Positions 1 through 10,381 are shown, counted from the first letter of the stretch. The stretch is 64,000 nt of DNA from Nitrosopumilus sp. (GCA_965206745.1 OZ242220.1:448001-512000); one strand, 5' to 3'. Numbers and translations: made by a program. The notes: generated by a model from the sequence alone, not told the origin.

Positions 1-285
1 ATTTGAGAAAAATCTCATAGAATTTGACATCAGACACTTACTTTCAAGGATGAATCATTCTCAGACAAACGGCAAGATAGAAAGATTCCAAGGAGAGATT
101 CAGGTAACGCAGAAATGGTTTAAAATCTAGATGATCTGATATATTGACACAATCATATCAAGTCATATGGATTACTTGACTGGAAGACACTTGAGATCTC
201 TATTAAAACATTTAAGCGAAAGATATCAGAAAAATATACAGTAGTTATAGATGAGTAGACAGGAGAGAAATATCTTGTCAAGTAA
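1..285 (+). pseudogene. IS481/IS3-type DDE transposase C-terminal remnant (frameshift plus internal stops), runs off the window start
   Basis: Frame 2 reads FEKNLIEFDIRHLLSRMNHSQTNGKIERFQGEIQ, matching the integrase-core HPQTNGKIERF motif. After a frameshift it reads LIY*HNHIKSYGLLDWKTLE..., a degenerate YNxxRPHxSL motif, with stops. Confidence 0.75.
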
Positions 286-322
286 GAGATGAATTAATTT
301 TGGGATGGGTCAGAAATCAATT

Positions 323-1393
323 CTAAGAATACTTTTTATATATTTTCTCCTCCTCTGTTTCTCCTTCTTCATGATGTGGTGATGGTTTTACAATATGACG
401 AGTTTTTTCTTTAATGATAATTAATGATTTATTTTTTTCTTTTAAATAATTTTTAAGAAAAGAACTTTTTATTTGCAGTCTTACCCCTCGTGTAATTCTT
501 TCTCGACTATTTCTATCTCCATTATATGGCCCAACCCAAAATTGAAATTTAATAATTTGTTCACCATTATAAAACATATCCAATACCTTTCCCCACGATA
601 AGTTATTTTCACTAATGAATTCTTCACTAAGACGAACTAATTTGCTTTCCGAATGATGGCTCCATTTGTTGTCAAATTTAGTTATAATATGTTCATAAAG
701 CATACCTTGATTAGAAGGAATTTTCCAATTCTTAAATTCTTCAAATGTATTAACCTCAGGAGTAAAAATAAAATCTTTAGATTCAAAATATTCTAACATA
801 TCTTGGATTTTTTCTATTTTTGAATTTTTAATTAAAGCTGATGATAACTCTTCAAACTCCTGTAATTCTTCTGAAAAAATTGGATATTTTACTTCTGATT
901 GAGAATAAATTGTCACAAATTCATTGTTTTCGAATAGATTCTCAGGTAATTTCAACTCAAAATCTAACCATTGCTCTTTTGATTTTTTTGGCAATTTAAT
1001 ATCTGAAGGTATCTCTACGCAATAATTTTCTGGCAAGTATGTATCATACGATGTCAATTTCAAAAGTAATTGTTCTGGAATTTCTAATTTTTGTTTTATA
1101 ATTTTTTCTTGTAAGATTAAATAAAATGCTGCCCTACAATAATTATTTTGTGGGGTATTGACATTAATTGGAAAATGGTATTGATCTATATAGCGATTTT
1201 GAATCTCTAAAATTTTCTTTTGTGATTGATTTCTATCATATCCTAATTTTACTGCTTTGTTAAATATTTCTTCATCAAGTTCTTCTTTCAAATATGTTTC
1301 AAAATATTTAATAATATCTCGAAATGAATTACGTACCCATGAGAAAAAAAATTCTTTATCTGGAATTTCATCATAAGATTTAATCATATTCAA
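323..1393 (-). CDS. Hypothetical protein coupled to the upstream STAND NTPase (partner or split C-terminal domain); likely start ATG at 1387
   Basis: 356-aa ORF in the same AT-rich DNA; ATGATTAA start/stop overlap with the 1566-aa gene. Confidence 0.75.
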   Translation of the reverse strand: MNMIKSYDEIPDKEFFFSWVRNSFRDIIKYFETYLKEELDEEIFNKAVKLGYDRNQSQKKILEIQNRYIDQYHFPINVNTPQNNYCRAAFYLILQEKIIKQKLEIPEQLLLKLTSYDTYLPENYCVEIPSDIKLPKKSKEQWLDFELKLPENLFENNEFVTIYSQSEVKYPIFSEELQEFEELSSALIKNSKIEKIQDMLEYFESKDFIFTPEVNTFEEFKNWKIPSNQGMLYEHIITKFDNKWSHHSESKLVRLSEEFISENNLSWGKVLDMFYNGEQIIKFQFWVGPYNGDRNSRERITRGVRLQIKSSFLKNYLKEKNKSLIIIKEKTRHIVKPSPHHEEGETEEEKIYKKYS

Positions 1394-4300
1394 TTTCTCG
1401 TTTCATATGTTTGGCAGTTAATTGAAAATTTATGTAAATGCTGTTTTCTAAATATTTGATTGATTTTTTAATTAATGTAGAATTATCATGTGTAGAAGTT
1501 ACATAACTATCAATAATGGCTGATAATTTTTCTTTAATTATGTATTGTGATGAATCACTTAGAAGTGTTTCTATACAATTTTCTAAAATATTTGGAATTT
1601 TTAATTTTATGCATTGGATCAATGCAACATATGCCTTTTTTGAAACTTCTGTATCAGAACAGTTTAATTGTTCTAATAAAAAGAGATACCCAACTTGATG
1701 GGGATTGTCGTCTTCAGAAAATGTTTCTAACCATGAAAAATCATGCTTGAAATCCATGATCCTTTCTCTGAATAAAGAATCTAAAAAGGATATAATTTTA
1801 TCAGAAAATTCTTGAAGTGAAGATATTTGTTTTGTTTTTGATAGAAATTTACCATAAGATTTGGCCATTCCTCTGGCTGACCAATGATAAGTTAGACATT
1901 TTTCAGATAATCCTCCACAGATGAGCAATTGAGTTTTTTCTGAGTCTATTTTATGTGATTTTTCCAGTAATTGTGTGTAATCTATTCGCGAATTCCAACC
2001 CTCTTTTTCATCAAATTCGGTATACAATTCCTCTGGAGTCTTCCCTTCAATGACCATTTTTCTTTTAGAAGATTCTATATTGGACTTACAATTTTTTAGT
2101 ACCAATGCTGGTAATCCTAAAACTGAAGATAATTGATTAAATTTTGTTTCCATAATTTTTATTGTTTCAGAAAAATCTTGTAGTAATTCTCTACGTAAAT
2201 CTTCAATCAATTCTTTTGCTAAATCCGGTTTTGGGTTTAACAAACTTGTAATAATGGAGTATTTGATTTCAAATAATTCTAAATTGTTATTGGTATTGTT
2301 ATTAGATTCAAATATCATGGTTTTTAGTAAATAATATCTTAAAACAGGATTACATTCAACTTTTGTTTTACAAAATTCTTGAACTATACTGGAAAAATGA
2401 TAGGAATCAACTCCGTATTCTTGAATTGCTTTTAATCCTGCTTTTGAATTATATTTTAACATTTTTTTAATAGTTAATGTTGAGATTAATTCGTTTCCAG
2501 AATTGTCTGACATATTAGTCAAAAATTCGGTATATTTTAATATAATTCCAAAATTTTTCAAAACAAATTTCTGTTTGTAAGTGCCAAGTTCATCAAATAT
2601 TTCTAACACTTCAAACAGAAAAACATCTTTACTCCATCCATAACTATGACTTAAAATTATTGATTTATCAAAATAATTCTGAGCATTTTCTTTGTTATTA
2701 ATTGACAAAAATAACGATGTAACATCAAGACAATCATTTATCATATGTGATGTATCATTAAATATAATTGGAGTTGTTCCTAATCTAATAATCTCATTAT
2801 GTATCTCTTTGTTATTAGAATATTTTGCAATTAATTCCATAAAATTATACTTAGAAATCGATGTAAACACATACTTTGAAGCAAATTTATCATAATTATT
2901 CAAAAATTGTTTTTGTTTTGCAGTGGTTGATTTTGATATAATTAACTGAATAGACTCTTCAATGATTTTTGAAATATAGTTTTGAAATGCATGATCTAGA
3001 TATCCCGGCTCATCAAATATGCGCTGTTGGTCATAATTCATCATGGAAATTAATAGATTATACAAGACATCAATTTCATTTTGATTTATTTCATCATTTT
3101 TTTTCATAGATAGAACTGTGTTGTGATATACTGTTAGAAGAGCTCTTTTAAAAAAAGAGTCAGATTTATCGTTAATCATTTTATAATAATACTTTAGATT
3201 TTCTAAATTTTTAATGTATGTAGATATTGAGATATTTTTTTCTAGATTCAAAAAGTCAGATATATTTATTTTTTTTTGTTGTGGATCTACGATAGAAACT
3301 TTTTTGAAATATCCTTGAATTTCTTCTTTTTCAATGTCAGATTTTTTTAAGAATAATCTAAATTCAGGAATATTGCTAGATAGTAATTCATTCTTTTGAT
3401 TTTTGAAATGAATTTTAAATTCTTTTAATTTATCATAGTAATTTAAAATTTCAAATAGTAATAAATTCCAAAAAACTTCAAGTTTGGTTCCATCTATTTG
3501 TGAAGATGTAATTTCATCAAAAGTTGTAAAAGGCAACACATTTTTTATTATGGATTGAATTGTGTCAAATTTAAAATTATTTGCATCGATAAATGAAATA
3601 ACTCGTTGAAAATTTTCAAAATAACACAGTATTATTGCATAATCATTTAATGATATTCCTGTTGGTAGTCTATTTTGTTCTTCAAGTGGAGTTGATTTGT
3701 AAGTTTTTTTCCATATTTCTAAAATTTCTTGATATGGAAGTTCTAATTCATTTTTTAATCCATTTGCTAGATACCAAACAGTTTCACTAAGCGATAAATT
3801 CAGTTTTTTCTCATATGACAACAGAGGGGCAATTTTTTCAGGTGATAATTTAAAAATCCATTTTTCAAATTTTGATTCATCAAGATTTTGAAATCGTTCG
3901 ATAGTATATTTTTTCAGTAATGCCTTTTCTATTATAGAAATCGGGTCAAGTTTCTCAAATGCTGCTCTAATTGCGATATCTATATTATTTTGAATATCTT
4001 GCCTATTACAAATTTGAATGACAGAGTTATCTACAAACTTTACATCAACAATTTTTAGAATTTCATCTCGTTTTTTTGCTTTTAATCCATATTTCAATGC
4101 ATGACGATATGCCTTCTGATTAGTGAACAAATTAAGTAACAATATATTATAAATTTTTTCAGAATATTCTATTTTGGCTATTTCATCAAAATCTACATGT
4201 TGAAGTAAATATTCTCTAAAACTATCGTGGAATATGCTTACCTCATCAACCTCATTTGTACGTAAAAGAGAAAACAGAGGCTTCATCGAATAATATAATG

Positions 4301-6080
4301 GCTTATAGTCTCTTTGTTCTTTAGGATATAAAATTTCCAAGAATGCATTACTTGCCGGAAATTCCAACAGTGCAAGATATTTTGCCAAAATTTTACTAAA
4401 ATCGTGTACTGTTGATTGTTCTTCCCACAAATAATCGTAGTATTTTTTAACATCTCCCTGTGTTAAGGGGATTTTTTGAACAATTTCAAAATCTGCATGT
4501 TTTAATAATAATTGGGTGAAATAATTTACCAGCAATGGTAATCCTTCAGTTATCTCCATTATTTTATTTAATTTTTCTGATTCACAAAATTCTTTAGATA
4601 TTTTTGATTTATCAAAATATCTTTTTACTTCTTCTTTTCTAAATCCTGAAATTTGAAAAAATACATCATTCCCATATTTTATTTTCAAATCATCAAGATG
4701 TGATCCTTCTTGAGTCCCAATGATAAAACAAATTCCTTTGGGTATATTTACTTCCTTTAGAAAATCAAATATGGTTTCATCATCTTTTGAAAGACTATGA
4801 GCTCTTTTCTTTATTCGATCAACATGATCTAATCCATCTATAATTATTGGAATGATGATATTTTTACTTTCTGCAATTTGTCCAATTTTATTAAATAAAT
4901 TTTGTAATTTTTCGGAAGTTACACTATATTCATTTTTAATATTGAATTTGTAACCATCTGAAATTAATTTCATAAAATTATTCAATAATTTTTGTTTTGT
5001 GATTCTAATTTCCATATCTTGATCCTCTGTTACACTTATGGAGGCATAATGCCATATTGGAGGGGTATCAGGAAATTTTTCTGCAAACCTCTTTCGCCAT
5101 TTTGTTAATAGCCAAGTTTTACCTGAGCCTGGCTTCCCATAAATTATTAGAATATTTCCAGAGTTTTCTTCTATTTTTTCATCTAATAATTTTAAATTTT
5201 GTTTAGTAATCACATATTGTGATTCATCAAAATTAATTATATTTTTAATAGAATCAAAATCTTGTTTGATTTTTAAACGACCTTCAAGCTTAGATTTTGT
5301 CATTTCTTCAGCTGTTATTGACTCTTCATTTACAATGTTGAACAAGGATGTAAAAATTGAATCAATATCCATATTTTGAGGAGGTAAATGAAGCTCTAGT
5401 GCTTCGATTTTTGATTTTATGATCTCTCCGACTGATCCTGTAAATACATTATATTGAAAACTAGAAGGGGGATTTTCAGGTTGTTCTGTTTCTATAATCA
5501 CATGACTTAAACAATCTTTTAAATTAAGATCCAAATTTAATTTTTCAATATTTTCTCTCATATTTTTGAATTCATTATCAAATAAAATCTGATTAGAAAA
5601 ACAATATACCTTATCTTTATTTTCACACGCTACTGTTCTTTCATCTTCTATTTTCTCTAAAAAATTCAATAAAGGATTTAAATCTGAAATTGATTTTGTG
5701 GTATAGATATGAAAATAATTCTCATATTTTTGAAATTCTTTTGTTAAATTTGCCCATGATGAAAAAATTTGAATTAAACTAAGGCCAATTTTATTTGTGG
5801 TAAAATCTTTCAGTTGTAATTCATTTTGTACATAGCTAGCCTTTATCTGATAATGATGAATTTTATTCTTTTCGAAGACTTTGATGTCATCAAATTTATC
5901 TTCAATGACTTCTTTTTTCTCAAAAATCACTTTTTCTATTTTCCCATTCAAAAGATCTATTAATCTAAACACACCAATTAGATTTTGATATCTATATCCA
6001 AATAGATTACTTTTTGGTTTTGGAGAAATAATTTTAACCATATTTTTTGATATATTTTTATTGTTAATATCCTCTACCAT
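1380..6080 (-). CDS. Cap4-like endonuclease + STAND (NACHT-like) NTPase + long helical C-terminus; Avs/AVAST-like antiviral protein
   Basis: N-terminal GYRYQ...FDDI...YQIK (PD-D/ExK, QxK type); Walker A GKPGSGKT; Walker B IIIDGLDHV; GLPL motif; FHDSFREYL winged-helix motif. Confidence 0.85.
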   Translation of the reverse strand: MVEDINNKNISKNMVKIISPKPKSNLFGYRYQNLIGVFRLIDLLNGKIEKVIFEKKEVIEDKFDDIKVFEKNKIHHYQIKASYVQNELQLKDFTTNKIGLSLIQIFSSWANLTKEFQKYENYFHIYTTKSISDLNPLLNFLEKIEDERTVACENKDKVYCFSNQILFDNEFKNMRENIEKLNLDLNLKDCLSHVIIETEQPENPPSSFQYNVFTGSVGEIIKSKIEALELHLPPQNMDIDSIFTSLFNIVNEESITAEEMTKSKLEGRLKIKQDFDSIKNIINFDESQYVITKQNLKLLDEKIEENSGNILIIYGKPGSGKTWLLTKWRKRFAEKFPDTPPIWHYASISVTEDQDMEIRITKQKLLNNFMKLISDGYKFNIKNEYSVTSEKLQNLFNKIGQIAESKNIIIPIIIDGLDHVDRIKKRAHSLSKDDETIFDFLKEVNIPKGICFIIGTQEGSHLDDLKIKYGNDVFFQISGFRKEEVKRYFDKSKISKEFCESEKLNKIMEITEGLPLLVNYFTQLLLKHADFEIVQKIPLTQGDVKKYYDYLWEEQSTVHDFSKILAKYLALLEFPASNAFLEILYPKEQRDYKPLYYSMKPLFSLLRTNEVDEVSIFHDSFREYLLQHVDFDEIAKIEYSEKIYNILLLNLFTNQKAYRHALKYGLKAKKRDEILKIVDVKFVDNSVIQICNRQDIQNNIDIAIRAAFEKLDPISIIEKALLKKYTIERFQNLDESKFEKWIFKLSPEKIAPLLSYEKKLNLSLSETVWYLANGLKNELELPYQEILEIWKKTYKSTPLEEQNRLPTGISLNDYAIILCYFENFQRVISFIDANNFKFDTIQSIIKNVLPFTTFDEITSSQIDGTKLEVFWNLLLFEILNYYDKLKEFKIHFKNQKNELLSSNIPEFRLFLKKSDIEKEEIQGYFKKVSIVDPQQKKINISDFLNLEKNISISTYIKNLENLKYYYKMINDKSDSFFKRALLTVYHNTVLSMKKNDEINQNEIDVLYNLLISMMNYDQQRIFDEPGYLDHAFQNYISKIIEESIQLIISKSTTAKQKQFLNNYDKFASKYVFTSISKYNFMELIAKYSNNKEIHNEIIRLGTTPIIFNDTSHMINDCLDVTSLFLSINNKENAQNYFDKSIILSHSYGWSKDVFLFEVLEIFDELGTYKQKFVLKNFGIILKYTEFLTNMSDNSGNELISTLTIKKMLKYNSKAGLKAIQEYGVDSYHFSSIVQEFCKTKVECNPVLRYYLLKTMIFESNNNTNNNLELFEIKYSIITSLLNPKPDLAKELIEDLRRELLQDFSETIKIMETKFNQLSSVLGLPALVLKNCKSNIESSKRKMVIEGKTPEELYTEFDEKEGWNSRIDYTQLLEKSHKIDSEKTQLLICGGLSEKCLTYHWSARGMAKSYGKFLSKTKQISSLQEFSDKIISFLDSLFRERIMDFKHDFSWLETFSEDDNPHQVGYLFLLEQLNCSDTEVSKKAYVALIQCIKLKIPNILENCIETLLSDSSQYIIKEKLSAIIDSYVTSTHDNSTLIKKSIKYLENSIYINFQLTAKHMKREIEYD

Positions 6081-6293
6081 TAATGATGCTGTGAAGTTGA
6101 TAGAGGTTGTGTATTAAATGTAGATCTACTTCTGTTTCAAAAAATTTCATATTTCGAATAGTTAATCAGAGTTCTGTGTAGTCTTAGAATAAGATCCGTA
6201 TTTAGTGTCCAAATCCCAAAGATTTGACAGTACCGAGTATCCAAATAGTGTAATAACCTTCTAATTAATTATTTATTTACTGTTCTCTAAATT

Positions 6294-6764
6294 ATGGATA
6301 TGTTTACTCTCACACAAAAAGAGATTCAAGATGCTAAGATTTATGATACCTCAAAACATGAAATTATTCGTAAATATCTATTCAATTTTTTTAAAAAGAA
6401 ATTCTCACTTTTTAATGATCAACAAAATAAAGTTGAATGTTGTAATCATGGTCTAGAAAAGTACACTATTGAAAAATATGATTATTCTACTAGTTTGCCT
6501 GGATCTTGTCTGGGAAATACTTTTGCAGACTGGCAAAATGTTTTTAGTATTCATACAAAAGCTAGATTTGACTGTGGTCGTGAATTCATATTGGGATATT
6601 TTTTTAATTTTAGATATGGAGATTTGATTTCCATAATAAAACAACTTGATGATATGGATGATTCAGATTTTTTAAAGGGTAAAAAATTTGATGATAACAA
6701 TCAAATTGGCATCATGACTGGTTTTATGAGAAATAATTTTGCCGATCACAATATTGGATTTTAG
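6294..6764 (+). CDS. Hypothetical protein (AT-rich island)
   Basis: 156-aa ATG ORF; no recognised motif. Confidence 0.55.
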   Translation: MDMFTLTQKEIQDAKIYDTSKHEIIRKYLFNFFKKKFSLFNDQQNKVECCNHGLEKYTIEKYDYSTSLPGSCLGNTFADWQNVFSIHTKARFDCGREFILGYFFNFRYGDLISIIKQLDDMDDSDFLKGKKFDDNNQIGIMTGFMRNNFADHNIGF

Positions 6765-7095
6765 AAATATTGAGACATATTCAAAACGTATAACGTCGAT
6801 GTATTTGATCTATATGTCTGATAATAATAGTTCAGAATATGCCTAAGATTGGTAGATATAATTTTTGTACAATAGATTACATACATTTTCTAAAGAACTA
6901 CTCATTTTCATTATTTCTACAATAATTGAAGGCATGATAATTTTAATAATTATATATTGAGATTATTGTATTTAGAACATTCTGCAAAAGAAATATGTAT
7001 TATATTTGATGGTGCAATGAAAGATGTAGATGTCACTGTACAAGAATATCTAGGTTGGGAATATGATTGCAAAAAAATAAAATTACATTATTTTT

Positions 7096-7311
7096 TTAAA
7101 GTTCTTCGATATTCTCTTTATGATGTATAATTATAGTAACAATGGTGATATCATCTAATATTGAATGAGTTCTAACATGGCTTGTATTATTTTTTCCAAA
7201 ATGTACACTTTTCTCTTTTTTCATCTGACAAATATGGCATGATAAAAGAGCAAGTTCTACATATCCCTGTCTTGTTCTTCTTGAAGATTCTAGTGTGAAA
7301 TGAATAGTCAT
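7096..7311 (-). CDS. Small hypothetical protein with CxxC
   Basis: 71-aa ORF containing SCHIC; GGTGA SD-like sequence just upstream. Confidence 0.4.
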   Translation of the reverse strand: MTIHFTLESSRRTRQGYVELALLSCHICQMKKEKSVHFGKNNTSHVRTHSILDDITIVTIIIHHKENIEEL

Positions 7312-7401
7312 TCATCATCACCAAGTTCCACTTTCATGCTCAGTCAAGTAGGCATGATGTCCTTTATGGGCAAGGTAGTTTGTCGTGCAGAACAGTTTTG
7401 A

Positions 7402-7479
7402 TGGTGGGCCCGATGTGATTCGAACACATGACCTTTCGATTATCAGTCGAACGCTCCAGCCAAGCTGAGCTACGAGCCC
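7402..7479 (-). tRNA. tRNA-Ile(GAT), CCA encoded
   Basis: Reverse complement GGGCTCG...TTCGA-CT-GAT-AA-TCGAA...GTTCGAAT...CGGGCCC-A-CCA forms a full cloverleaf. Confidence 0.97.
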
Positions 7480-7512
7480 ACGAACAGATCTCTAGGCTAG
7501 ACTCATTTAAGT

Positions 7513-8067
7513 TTAATTTCCCTTCCACTTGATTGAACACCCGATTGACGGGTCAAAATCTTTTTCAATCTTCTTGCCTGATAACAACTTCTCAATGTTG
7601 ACAATCATTGTCTTCTCTGTTGCCTCATCCTCTGGCTTCATGGCGTCATCTATTTTTCCGTGAAAAACTAGCTGTTTTTGTGCGTCAAACAGGAATGGAT
7701 CCGGAGTGCACATTGCACCGTATCTCTTTGCGATCTCCTGTGACTCGTCTACCAGATAGTCAAACTCAAAGCCCTTTTCCCTTGCTGTCTGTTTCATGGC
7801 ATCAAAGCTGTCCTCTGGATAATTCGTAGAGTCGTTGCTGTTGATTCCGATAACTGCAATATCCTTGCCACATCTTTGGTATAGTTCGTTGAGGGCATCT
7901 GCCTTTGCCTTAACGTATGGGCAGTGATTGCACATGAAAATTATCAGGATTCCCTTGTAATTCCCATAGTCACTGATCGAATGCATTTTATCATCAATCC
8001 CCATCAGCTCAAAATCTGGTGCCAAATCCCCTGTCTTTAGCTTGATCTGTGATTCCAAAAGTACCAT
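7513..8067 (-). CDS. Thioredoxin-family (AhpC/TSA-like) protein
   Basis: APDFEL, FMCNHCPYV, TPDPFLFD, PSIGCSIKW motifs. Confidence 0.9.
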   Translation of the reverse strand: MVLLESQIKLKTGDLAPDFELMGIDDKMHSISDYGNYKGILIIFMCNHCPYVKAKADALNELYQRCGKDIAVIGINSNDSTNYPEDSFDAMKQTAREKGFEFDYLVDESQEIAKRYGAMCTPDPFLFDAQKQLVFHGKIDDAMKPEDEATEKTMIVNIEKLLSGKKIEKDFDPSIGCSIKWKGN

Positions 8068-8147
8068 GTTGGAACAGTTACACGTTCAAATAAAATCCTT
8101 GCCAAGAAGACAACAATTAAAATCATCACTTTATCCCTTCTTTTTGT

Positions 8148-8224
8148 GGGCCGGTAGTATAGCCTGGTAGTATACCCGCCTTGCACGCGGGGGGTCACGG
8201 ATTCGAATTCCGTCCGGTCCACCA
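8148..8224 (+). tRNA. tRNA-Ala(TGC), CCA encoded
   Basis: GGGCCGG/CCGGTCC acceptor stem with G3:U70; anticodon arm CCCGC-CT-TGC-AC-GCGGG. Confidence 0.97.
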
Positions 8225-8490
8225 CCTATGGGCTTTGACAGGTTCCAAACGATCTCCTTTAGACGAGTTTGGCATGCCATCTCAGAGAGAGTTGGGTCAT
8301 GAGCCGCCCCATTACGGGTTGATTCCTACGATTCTGTCTGACTTTACAAGATCGGATGCGGGTCTACTGACTCATTAATTTTCAATATCTGGCAAAACAC
8401 ACACATTCCAGTTATGCCTGTCTGCAAACCCGGTTCTGTCGCACTAGAAATGCAATCTGGATTATCTGTTGGAATAACTAGAGAAAAAAA

Positions 8491-8886
8491 TTAGCATAAG
8501 GGTGGCAGAGTGTCTTTGACATTTCCCTCAAAGATTATCCCTTCCCCGTCAGAATTAGTACAGGTATAAACAAAAGTTGCATCCTCTGTTTCCTGATCAA
8601 ACTCAATTTTCAAGGTAGCATCATCACTTTTTATCCAGTACTCGTACACAAATCCCGTATTATGAAACTCTTCAGTATACTTGGGGTATTTATCCATAAA
8701 AAACTGGCTCTGTGTATATTCTATAAAATCTGTTTTCGTAAGAAAGTTATCAAGATCCTTTTCATCAAATTGTTCAATATCTGATATTATGCCATAAAAT
8801 GGGGCGAAAAACAATGCTGTTGTCCCTATGGCAGTTACTGCAATTATACCGACTATTACCAATATGACAATGTATACTATCTTCAT
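8491..8886 (-). CDS. Hypothetical protein with N-terminal membrane anchor
   Basis: Hydrophobic N-terminus followed by an acidic domain; 131 aa. Confidence 0.7.
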   Translation of the reverse strand: MKIVYIVILVIVGIIAVTAIGTTALFFAPFYGIISDIEQFDEKDLDNFLTKTDFIEYTQSQFFMDKYPKYTEEFHNTGFVYEYWIKSDDATLKIEFDQETEDATFVYTCTNSDGEGIIFEGNVKDTLPPLC

Positions 8887-9050
8887 TAATTGAAGCCTTT
8901 CAGTTTTTAATACAAGTGTTTTGAAAAAAAATAATATACTTTTTTGTTAATTTTGATAAATCCGGTGTCACCAACCAATGCAGTATGTCTTTAGCTATGA
9001 TCTTGGGTTTTGCAGATATACATTCCAGTTCTTGTACAAGGTTTTTTAAA

Positions 9051-9383
9051 TTAAAATAAATTAATGGCCCAAATATTTTGCAGTATTTCATTGATCGTGA
9101 TGCTTAGTGATTCAATCCAGGTCGAGTCTGCTGTAATCTGCGGTGTGATCTCTGCTGCCTCTTCCATCTTGACTGAATCTATGGCAGGCACGTCTCTTGC
9201 AGGATCTGCCGCATCCAATCCACTGGTTCTGCACAACTCCAGCTCGTGTGTATAGTCTTGTATCACACCTGCTGCCTCCCTAGAGTCAACACCTATCTCA
9301 CATTCATTTCTGGTCTCTACATATCCCGGCGGTGCTTTTTCACAGGTATCTCCCAGATAGTAATAACCCTCATCACATGGCAT
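9051..9383 (-). CDS. Hypothetical Cys-containing protein (likely start ATG 9383, MPCDEG...)
   Basis: TTATTATA about 25 nt upstream of ATG 9383; CDEGYYYLGDTCEKAPPGY motif. Confidence 0.55.
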   Translation of the reverse strand: MPCDEGYYYLGDTCEKAPPGYVETRNECEIGVDSREAAGVIQDYTHELELCRTSGLDAADPARDVPAIDSVKMEEAAEITPQITADSTWIESLSITINEILQNIWAINLF

Positions 9384-10148
9384 GACTGTCTTTATGATGT
9401 GTGGTATAATAATTATTTCAAAATATCTGGAAACTGTATCTGGAAACTTTGAATTGACAAAACCATGCATGACAAATAGAAATTTGTTGCAATCCTTTTT
9501 TCCTTACAGTATATTTTGTGATGCTTTCCATCCGGCTCACAAATGTATCATTGCAGATTATATCACTAGAGCATCTGCAAAGTCATAAGATTGGAATTAC
9601 CTTTTGACAAAGTGGACATGATCTGTTCAAAACCCAATAACCGTCTGCTGGCAAAACAACCCATCCTCTGATCTGAGAGATAGCAAATCCCTTGAGTCAA
9701 TCTTGCTAGATGGTCTTGAGATTCATCCATCAATCATATTTGTTTGGCTAAAGATCCCAAACCTGTCTTGAACTGTGGGTTATTTGGCATCGAATCTATC
9801 TTGCTATGAAATATCTAGATACCTGTTCTGCATCAAAAATATTCCGTGCATCCTGCTGAGTGCATGATTCCAAAATACGATCCCATGCCTTTGCTGCCCA
9901 AAATGATCATGTCTGATACCTGAGATGCCCTAAACATGAACTCTTGATATGCTGTAACTTTACAGAAATATGGACAGATCAACTAAAGATTCACATTTTG
10001 AGCAAATATTTGGCAATCCAACATTCCATCTTTTTATAAACTCTGAATGATGATATTCCTCTAGATTCACCTCTTACTGGTACCCGATCCATGCTGAAAT
10101 CCAGGCTTTCAAGATGGATTTAAATAGGATAAGTTTGGGTTTTAGTTT

Positions 10149-10250
10149 ATGACAAGTGCAGTCGATGGATGGCCTGTATGGATTCCACTCATTGTTGGTT
10201 TAGCTCCAGGTTTGATTTACTGGTTGGCAATTACCGCCAAGAGAAAATAA
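10149..10250 (+). CDS. 33-aa single-TM microprotein MTSAVDGWPVWIPLIVGLAPGLIYWLAITAKRK
   Basis: ATG..TAA with TTTAAATA box ~25-30 nt upstream and T-rich tract downstream; TM helix plus basic tail. Below the ORF-track cutoff. Confidence 0.75.
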   Translation: MTSAVDGWPVWIPLIVGLAPGLIYWLAITAKRK

Positions 10251-10381
10251 GATTTACATCTATTTTTAATTTATTTTTATCTGTGCTAGTTTGACTGTAA
10301 ACTGGGTTTAACGTTCTTACCTTTCTTGTTGACTATTTGTTATGTTATCTAAAATTAATCCCTTTATCTTAAGGAAGAAGT

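Noticed and set aside
8037-8378. Two short ORFs (8037-8225 minus, 8181-8378 plus)
   Set aside because: They overlap tRNA-Ala and show no protein features.
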